Below are positions 26,625-32,551 of a DNA stretch of 32,551 nt, piece after piece. The stretch is from contig JBLGBN010000008.1 in NCBI GenBank assembly GCA_047617745.1, positions 1-32,551 of the forward strand. The letters run 5' to 3'. The notes under the pieces were generated by a model. It was not told the DNA's origin and did no database searches. It was given only the letters and a program-made list of their open reading frames with translations. Source of the DNA: Candidatus Nanohaloarchaea archaeon (lineage in GTDB: Archaea > Nanohalarchaeota > Nanosalinia > Nanosalinales > Nanosalinaceae). The first letter of the stretch is position 1. Every line of letters starts with the position of its first letter. The translations under genes and the position numbers were made by a program.

Positions 26625-28670
26625 TCACCAGTCGTCCTTGGATGGACAGTCAGGATCGATGCACATCTGGTAGTTCTTGCCTTTCTTCCTGTCGACATAG
26701 ATTGTCGGTTTACCGCATTCCTGGCATTCCTGGTCTGTCGAATTGATGTTGCCGTTGTTCGGAAGCGGGTACGTGTTCTCGCAGTCCGGGTAGTTGGAGC
26801 ATCCTACGAAGCTGGATCCTCCTTTCTTGATGATTCTCAGGTTACCATCCTCGCATTCCTGGCACGGCCCGAGCCTTCTCCTCCTCTTTCTCTCCGAGTC
26901 GATGGTGTCTACAAGTTTTTCTCCGATTTCTGCCTGCTTCTCCTTGAAGTTTGCCAGTGTATCGATTAATTTGTCCTGCGCCTCGTCAAGCACTTCCTCC
27001 CGACTCTCTTCCTCTTCCCGGATTGCCTCCATCTTCTGCTCGAACTCACGTGTAAGGCCTTCAGATACAAGGTCGGGGCTGTAGTCTTCCAGTGTTTCAA
27101 CCACGACCAGTCCGAGATCTGTTACCTCGATTGGCTGTTCCTCGATGTAGTTCCGGTCGTATAATCGGTCAACGGTCTGCGCCCTGGTCGCTTTGGTTCC
27201 CAGGTTTCTCTTCTCCAGCTCGTTGACGATTCCTGACTGGCTGTATCTGTTTGGTGGCTGTGTTTCTTTTTCTTCCTTGTCGAAGCTATCAATCGGCAGT
27301 GTCTGACCTTCCTCCATCTCTGGGAGTTCTGCGGAGTCAACTCTTACGTACGGCTCGTAGAGATCGTACCAGTTCCGTTCCACGGTTATCTTCGACTTGG
27401 CCTTGAACTCCTCGTCTTTAACGTCGAGGGTAAATGTGATCGATCTTCTCTTCGCTGCTTTTCCGAAAACGGCGAAGAAACGTTTGACTATGAGATCGTA
27501 CACCTGTCCTTCTTTCTTGGAAAGCTTCCCAGAAGGAGATTCTCCTGTAGGGTAGATCGCAGGGTGTGCATCGTCCTCCTTCTTCCCCTGTGTAGTGTAT
27601 AGATTATCGTTTTCGTCTTTCTTCAGCACCTTTTTCGCCAGATCGTCGTAGTCTTCCTGTCCTTTCAGGCTCTTCAGGATGTTCTTGTATCCGATCTTCG
27701 GCGGCAGTTTCTGCGATTCTGTTCTGGGGTATGAGATTAAACCGTTCTCGTAAAGTGTCTGTGCGATGCTCTGCGTCTGTTTAGGTGAGATGTTTAGCTG
27801 TGAGGATGCTTCGCTCTGAAGGCCGGTCAGGTTGAACGGGATCGGCGGGTTGTGCTTGTAGTTGTTGACCTTGACGTTCGTGACTTCTGCCTTGTCTTCA
27901 TCTTTCACTTTCTGGAACTTTTTCTCAGCGATTTCTGCATCCCAGATCCGGTCCTCCTCGTCCTCCCACTGCGCCTGGAACTCTGGATGGTTCAGGTAGA
28001 GCTCCCAGTAAGGATCCGGGTTGAACTCCTTGATCTCTCTTTCCCTGTCGGCGAGAATCTTTAGTGTCGGTCCCTGCACACGTCCTGTGGAAAGTGTCTT
28101 GTACCGGTCCGCAGATCTTACCGCTTTCATCAGGGCTCTTGAAACATTGATACCGTAGTAGAAGTCCAGAATGTGCCGGGTAATACCTGCTTCTGTCATT
28201 CCGCGGTCGAAATCTTCTAAGTTGTCGAATGCTTCTTGGAGATCGCTTGGTGTCAGCGTGGAGAACTTCATTCTCTCGATTCTCTCCTCGTCTGCGTCAA
28301 CCATTTCCCTGAGGATTGTCCCTCCGATTGTGGATCCTTCAACGTCGAAGTCGCAGGCGTTGATGTATGTGTCTGCTTTTTCCAGCTGATCTTTGAGGTT
28401 GTTGTAGTATTTCTTTACGTAGTCTGCGGAGTCTTGGTTCTCGAAGATTGGCTGCCACTCCACGTCGAAAACCGGATAGTCCCAGCCTTCTTCTGTCTGC
28501 TCCAGGTTGAATATATGGCCGACTGCCGGAGCGATGATAATCTTTCTGTCGTCTGTTTCCAGGGTGTAGTTCTTTACACCTCTGTTTTCATCTACAGAAT
28601 AATTTCCCAGCGCGTTGGCTAGGCGGGAGGCGACTTTAGGTTTCTCCCCGATCATTACTGTGGTTTCCAT
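26625..28670 (-). CDS. topA: DNA topoisomerase IA
   Basis: TOPRIM EKP / DFDVEG, STGRVQGP, catalytic ISYPRTES, GTKATR, C-terminal C4 zinc ribbons. Confidence 0.96.
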   Translation of the reverse strand: METTVMIGEKPKVASRLANALGNYSVDENRGVKNYTLETDDRKIIIAPAVGHIFNLEQTEEGWDYPVFDVEWQPIFENQDSADYVKKYYNNLKDQLEKADTYINACDFDVEGSTIGGTILREMVDADEERIERMKFSTLTPSDLQEAFDNLEDFDRGMTEAGITRHILDFYYGINVSRALMKAVRSADRYKTLSTGRVQGPTLKILADREREIKEFNPDPYWELYLNHPEFQAQWEDEEDRIWDAEIAEKKFQKVKDEDKAEVTNVKVNNYKHNPPIPFNLTGLQSEASSQLNISPKQTQSIAQTLYENGLISYPRTESQKLPPKIGYKNILKSLKGQEDYDDLAKKVLKKDENDNLYTTQGKKEDDAHPAIYPTGESPSGKLSKKEGQVYDLIVKRFFAVFGKAAKRRSITFTLDVKDEEFKAKSKITVERNWYDLYEPYVRVDSAELPEMEEGQTLPIDSFDKEEKETQPPNRYSQSGIVNELEKRNLGTKATRAQTVDRLYDRNYIEEQPIEVTDLGLVVVETLEDYSPDLVSEGLTREFEQKMEAIREEEESREEVLDEAQDKLIDTLANFKEKQAEIGEKLVDTIDSERKRRRRLGPCQECEDGNLRIIKKGGSSFVGCSNYPDCENTYPLPNNGNINSTDQECQECGKPTIYVDRKKGKNYQMCIDPDCPSKDDW

Positions 28671-28743
28671 TGGGAATAACAGGTGAGTGCAAGTTTAAAA
28701 TAAGAACACCCCTTGCTGAAAAGATGGTAGATAACGAAATGAA

Positions 28744-29037
28744 TTTAAATATACTCTAACAGTTTTAGAGTATGAAGCCAGCAACTAAGGGTGGACGTTT
28801 TGTACTCCGCCGATCACTTTTCCACAGTTAATTATGGCTTCATCTCAAACCCAGTTTTCTCGCTTGATTCAGTAGTAGTTTCTGCTTTTTCGCTGGTACT
28901 TCCGGATGTGGAAGTGGCAGTGCCTGTAAGATAATTTTTCTCTAGGTGAATCCAAAGATGAACATTCAACCACACAACACCGCTATGCCATACCAATTAC
29001 AAATCTTGACAGAGCTGGAAGGAGGTGAAAAATAATG
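28744..29037 (+). other. Small-ORF leader cassette, copy 2
   Basis: TTTAAATA 28744; ORFa 28772-28831 MKPATKGGRFVLRRSLFHS; +1-frame ORFb 28791-28934 (47 aa); hairpin 28891-28922; SD AGGTGA; ORFc 28958-29035 (25 aa) overlapping the next ATG. Confidence 0.7.
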
Positions 29038-29262
29038 GATTACAGATCCAGAACCGGTTTAGAGCCAGAGGTCCCTGAAATCCTGGACCCTGAAGAGAAG
29101 GATGAGTTTATTCCACAGCTAGAGCAGGAATACTACAACCAGCTAGGAACAGATACATCCTATGAACTTGAAGAACAGGAGGAAGGGTTGTACCAGACCC
29201 AGGAAGAGTACGATCAGCTGGGAACAGAGTTCCACGCTGATGGCGCCGGCCAGACCATCTAA
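29035..29262 (+). CDS. Small very acidic hypothetical protein with internal repeat
   Basis: GGAGGTGA SD; repeat QEYYNQLGTD / QEEYDQLGTE. Confidence 0.75.
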   Translation: MDYRSRTGLEPEVPEILDPEEKDEFIPQLEQEYYNQLGTDTSYELEEQEEGLYQTQEEYDQLGTEFHADGAGQTI

Positions 29263-29305
29263 CAGGCACCGGTTTTAACTTAAAAACTGGGCTTAACTGT
29301 GAGAA

Positions 29306-29596
29306 ATGATGGAGGAATCTGGAAATCTAACAGTAGAAAGTTACAGTGATTTCGAGCAGTTGATCTCGGAGAATGAGGAGTACAGCTCTGACCAGCTATC
29401 GGCGCTTAAAGAGTTTTACAGAGAAAACGAAGAACATAATCTAAGAGCGGTCATTGTAGATGAACTGGAGCGCTCTAAAGGTGAAGGCCTGAAAGATATA
29501 CAGCTGATGTCGCTGCTATCCTCCGACAATCGGGAATACGGTGGGGAAAGAGTGGAGGAAGATTGCGATCTTGGAAGCCCGACCTACAGTGCATAG
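29306..29596 (+). CDS. Small acidic hypothetical protein
   Basis: 96-aa ORF with acidic composition; AT-rich box upstream; converges on serS. Confidence 0.65.
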   Translation: MMEESGNLTVESYSDFEQLISENEEYSSDQLSALKEFYRENEEHNLRAVIVDELERSKGEGLKDIQLMSLLSSDNREYGGERVEEDCDLGSPTYSA

Positions 29597-29604
29597 TCCG
29601 GGGA

Positions 29605-30870
29605 TTATTCAATTTCCAGGTATTTCCGGCCGCCCATGTAGTCTCGAAGAGGCTTTGGAATTTTGATTCCTTTCTCTGTCTGGTTGTTTTCTATTATCGC
29701 GGTGATTATCCTAGGGTTGGCGAGAGCGGTAGCATAGATTGTGTAAGGTCTTTTTCTCTCGCCCTCGTCAAAGAACTTGGTTTCCAGCTTGTTGGTCTGG
29801 TAGTCGATACAGGTTCCGTATGATCCTACTTCGCCGTACTCTCCTAGTGGAGGTCTCCAGACCTCGATATCATACTGCTTGTAGGTCTTATCTCCAATAT
29901 CTCCGTCACATATGTCTACTACTCTGTATGGGAGTCCGAGTTCCTGCATTATCTCTTCGGCGTTCCGGGTCATGCTTTCAAGGTGTTCGAGGTGGTTCTC
30001 CGGTTTTGAGAAAATGAACTGCTCGACTTTCTCGAACTGGTGGACTCTCCATAGTCCACGTGTCTGTTTGCCGTGCTTTCCCGCCTCTCTTCTGAAGTTG
30101 GTTGAGAATCCTCCCAGTTTCAGCGGAAGGTCTTCATCGATTACTTCGTCCTTCTTCATAGCGGCGAGAGCGTGCTCCGCGGTCGCGATAAGGTACCGAC
30201 CGTTCTCGTTCACCTGGTAGAGCTGGTCCTCGAACGCCTCCATGTCGACTGCCGCGCTGATCGCGTCTTCCTCAAGCATGAAGGGTGTCTGGTAGAGCTC
30301 GAATCCTCTGTCTTTAATGAAGTCCAGTGCGAAGCTGGTTAATGCCTGGTTAAGCTGGAGCAGCTCAGTGGTTAAATAGTATGCTCTTTCTCCGCCTACC
30401 TCGGCGGCTTTCTCGCTCATCAGCAAATTTTCCTCCTCCATTATATCGGCGGCTAGCTTCGAGTCCTGTTCTCTGCCTTCTTCAGGCTCCCATGTTCTCA
30501 TCTCTATATTGTCTTCTTCACCTTCGCCTTCTGGCACATCGTCGTGGAGAAGGTTGGCGACCTTGTATCTCGCCTTGTCTCTCTTTTCCCTCAGTTCATT
30601 GACCTCTTCCTCGAGATCGGATATCTTTTCCTTAACTTCCTGCATTCTCTCGATCTTTTCCGAAGCGTCTTCACCTGATTGCTTCATCTCCGCGATCTCG
30701 TCGCCTACAGTATTCCTTTCCTCCTGCAGAGATTCAAGTTCCTGCAACTTGTTTCTCCATTTCCCGTCGAGTTCAACTACTTTGTCGACGTTTTCAGGGT
30801 CGTTCCCACGTCTTATTTCGCATTCTTTGATTGTTTCAGGTTGTTCGCGGAAGAGTTCGATACTGAGCAT
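29605..30870 (-). CDS. serS: Seryl-tRNA synthetase (canonical type, divergent near motif 3)
   Basis: N-terminal coiled coil, ATAEH (TxE), motif 2 FRREAG..RVHQFEKVEQ, ALANPRIITAIIEN. Confidence 0.9.
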   Translation of the reverse strand: MLSIELFREQPETIKECEIRRGNDPENVDKVVELDGKWRNKLQELESLQEERNTVGDEIAEMKQSGEDASEKIERMQEVKEKISDLEEEVNELREKRDKARYKVANLLHDDVPEGEGEEDNIEMRTWEPEEGREQDSKLAADIMEEENLLMSEKAAEVGGERAYYLTTELLQLNQALTSFALDFIKDRGFELYQTPFMLEEDAISAAVDMEAFEDQLYQVNENGRYLIATAEHALAAMKKDEVIDEDLPLKLGGFSTNFRREAGKHGKQTRGLWRVHQFEKVEQFIFSKPENHLEHLESMTRNAEEIMQELGLPYRVVDICDGDIGDKTYKQYDIEVWRPPLGEYGEVGSYGTCIDYQTNKLETKFFDEGERKRPYTIYATALANPRIITAIIENNQTEKGIKIPKPLRDYMGGRKYLEIE

Positions 30871-30926
30871 AGAGTCTGTTTAAATCAGGAAATTTTTAAC
30901 TAGAACGGTTCTTCATGGTACAGATT

Positions 30927-31988
30927 TCAGTTTTCGATGTATGCCGGTGTTTCATAACCTGATTTCTCTAGCGGTTCTAGAAGTTCAGGGTTCTGTTTGA
31001 ATTCTTCTCTAACCGGTTGAAGCCTTCCAGATATTTCATCTCCAACAGCTGACTTGACGTCTTGAGGGTGGACTTCTCCTTTCTTAACGTCGGTGTAGAG
31101 TTCTTCAAGATCTCCGTAGGTCTCGTCAACACCGTACTCCTTGTTCACGACTTCCAGTTCTCTATCATCTCCAAATACGAATCTGTCAGCTATCTGCAAG
31201 ACAGGGCTGTTGGTCATTCCTTCAGGGTATTCTCCAAGTTCTTCAGGATCGAAGTAGGCTCCGGATATCCGGTTTTTTACAGTTTCTTCTGATGCGTGTA
31301 GCGGGAACATTGTCTCGGGTTTGGATGAGCTCATCTTCGTTCCCTCACCTTTTAGCGAGGTTAAAAGCGGGTAGTGGAGCACTGCGGGTTTATCGTAGCC
31401 GAGTTCAGGTAGCTCCTCTCTTGCCAGTTTCATATGGATCCCTCGCTGGTCTATTCCCCCCATCGCCAGATCGATATCCAGATGTGGTATATCCAGTGTC
31501 TGCATTAATGGGTAGAAGCCGTTCTGCGCCACGCTTAAGGATTCCGAGCTGGCTATATCTCCCATGGAATTTGTTGCTTTTTTCATCGAAACGTTTGTCG
31601 CCATTTCAAGTACATCATCCATGTAATCTCCATGCTGAAATTCAGAGCCTTTTACGAACTCTGCTTCCAGTCCAAGAGAATCGAAGACGGTTTCCCAGTA
31701 CTCTGTCATGCCGTCTATCCATTCACGCGTTTCCTCATCGTTCCAGCTTTCGTCTCCTTTTTCGTTTAGATAAGTGTGCCGGTCAGCCCAGAGAACAACC
31801 GGTTCAAAACCTGCTTCCTGTACATCCAGAAGCTTCTGAACAGAGGTCATATGTCCGAGGTGTACAGGTCCGGAGGTCTCATATCCAACATAGGCTCTGG
31901 GGTTCTCCTTTTCTTCCAGAAGATTTTCGACCTCTTCAAGCTGTATAACTTCCTCTGTGTTTCTCTGAACCTGTTCAAGCGGCTCCAT
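30927..31988 (-). CDS. tyrS: Archaeal-type tyrosyl-tRNA synthetase (divergent paralog)
   Basis: YVGYETSG..HLGH, YPLMQTLD, GGIDQR, KMSSS, HPQDVK. Confidence 0.9.
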   Translation of the reverse strand: MEPLEQVQRNTEEVIQLEEVENLLEEKENPRAYVGYETSGPVHLGHMTSVQKLLDVQEAGFEPVVLWADRHTYLNEKGDESWNDEETREWIDGMTEYWETVFDSLGLEAEFVKGSEFQHGDYMDDVLEMATNVSMKKATNSMGDIASSESLSVAQNGFYPLMQTLDIPHLDIDLAMGGIDQRGIHMKLAREELPELGYDKPAVLHYPLLTSLKGEGTKMSSSKPETMFPLHASEETVKNRISGAYFDPEELGEYPEGMTNSPVLQIADRFVFGDDRELEVVNKEYGVDETYGDLEELYTDVKKGEVHPQDVKSAVGDEISGRLQPVREEFKQNPELLEPLEKSGYETPAYIEN

Positions 31989-32051
31989 AATATCCTCCCC
32001 CGGTTCTTAATTATGGTCCAAAAGTTAAATCCATGTCTGTTAACGGAGATA

Positions 32052-32426
32052 TTAATCCTCGAGTTCCAGAAGTCTCCGTTTTGCCTCTACGCCTGCTGTA
32101 TAGCCGCCCAATCCGTTCTTCCCTACCACGCGATGATAGGGAACTATAACCGGCACAGGGTTTCTTCCACATGCCTGCCCTACTGCGACTGGAGAACTGT
32201 CAAGTTTTTCGGCTATCTTTCCGTATGTCTTGGTTTCTCCATAACCGATCTGGTATATTTCCTGCATTATATCTCCAGTGAAACTATCTGGAAAAGAAAC
32301 AGAGGTATTGAAACTTTTTCTTTCTCCCTCCAGATAGCCGGTGATCTGCCTCTGGATCTCAGATTCTGTTCTATCAAGTCTTGATTCCTTTATTTCCAGT
32401 TCAGTGCCGAAGATCTCGACTCTCAT
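32052..32426 (-). CDS. O6-alkylguanine alkyltransferase family protein lacking the catalytic Cys (PYHRV)
   Basis: GETKTYG, AVGQACGRNP, PYHRVV, GGY motifs. Confidence 0.85.
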   Translation of the reverse strand: MRVEIFGTELEIKESRLDRTESEIQRQITGYLEGERKSFNTSVSFPDSFTGDIMQEIYQIGYGETKTYGKIAEKLDSSPVAVGQACGRNPVPVIVPYHRVVGKNGLGGYTAGVEAKRRLLELED

Positions 32427-32551
32427 TCGATATAATCCGGCTTCTCATGCCCGATCTCTTCAAGACAGTCAAGCAGTTCCGGCTCCTGTTTGAATCTTTC
32501 TCTAACCGGCTCCAGTTTGTCGGCAATGTGCTGTGCGACTGCGTTTTTCAG
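32423..32551 (-). CDS. tyrS: C-terminus of a second tyrosyl-tRNA synthetase (5' part outside window)
   Basis: LKNAVAQHIADKLEPVRERFKQEPELLDCLEEIGHEKPDYIE* aligns without gaps to VKSAVGDEISGRLQPVREEFKQNPELLEPLEKSGYETPAYIEN; ATGA overlap with the next gene. Confidence 0.8.
   Translation of the reverse strand: MKNAVAQHIADKLEPVRERFKQEPELLDCLEEIGHEKPDYIE

Noticed and set aside
16781..29037. Repeated cassettes as CRISPR, IS/MITE or tRNA
   Set aside because: Only two diverged copies, no spacers, no terminal inverted repeats or target duplications, no cloverleaf.
29306..29596. Acyl/aminoacyl carrier protein partner for the divergent SerRS
   Set aside because: No DSL-type phosphopantetheine motif, and the SerRS retains its tRNA-binding coiled coil.
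31292..32384. Plus-strand ORFs of 218 and 202 aa
   Set aside because: Antisense to tyrS and the alkyltransferase gene; atypical composition.

Overview
Gene-dense archaeal chromosomal segment with a strongly acidic (D/E-rich) proteome, TATA boxes about 20-26 nt before apparently leaderless starts, and GGTGA/GGTGG Shine-Dalgarno motifs inside operons. This is consistent with a halophilic nano-sized archaeon such as Nanohaloarchaeota (inference). Left to right: P-type ATPase (partial); 2-oxoacid/pyruvate dehydrogenase operon; ADP-forming acetate-CoA ligase; malic enzyme; Met aminopeptidase; DsbA with a CxxC membrane partner; Cdc48; a Cas2/VapD-like ORF; RadB; a chorismate-to-Phe/Tyr operon; a COG1361/MMPL/TetR/ABC cluster; topoisomerase IA; SerRS; TyrRS; an alkyltransferase-like gene; and the 3' end of a second TyrRS. 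No CRISPR array, tRNA/rRNA gene or transposase was seen. Main unexplained signals: (1) two homologous ~300-nt intergenic cassettes (16781-17095, 28744-29037), each a chain of tiny ORFs plus a hairpin feeding an orphan acidic gene; (2) apparent near-cognate start codons (CTG, ATA, ATC) at SD-correct spacing; (3) duplicated TyrRS and an active-site-divergent SerRS; (4) a 45-nt exact repeat between the two Walker A motifs of cdc48.
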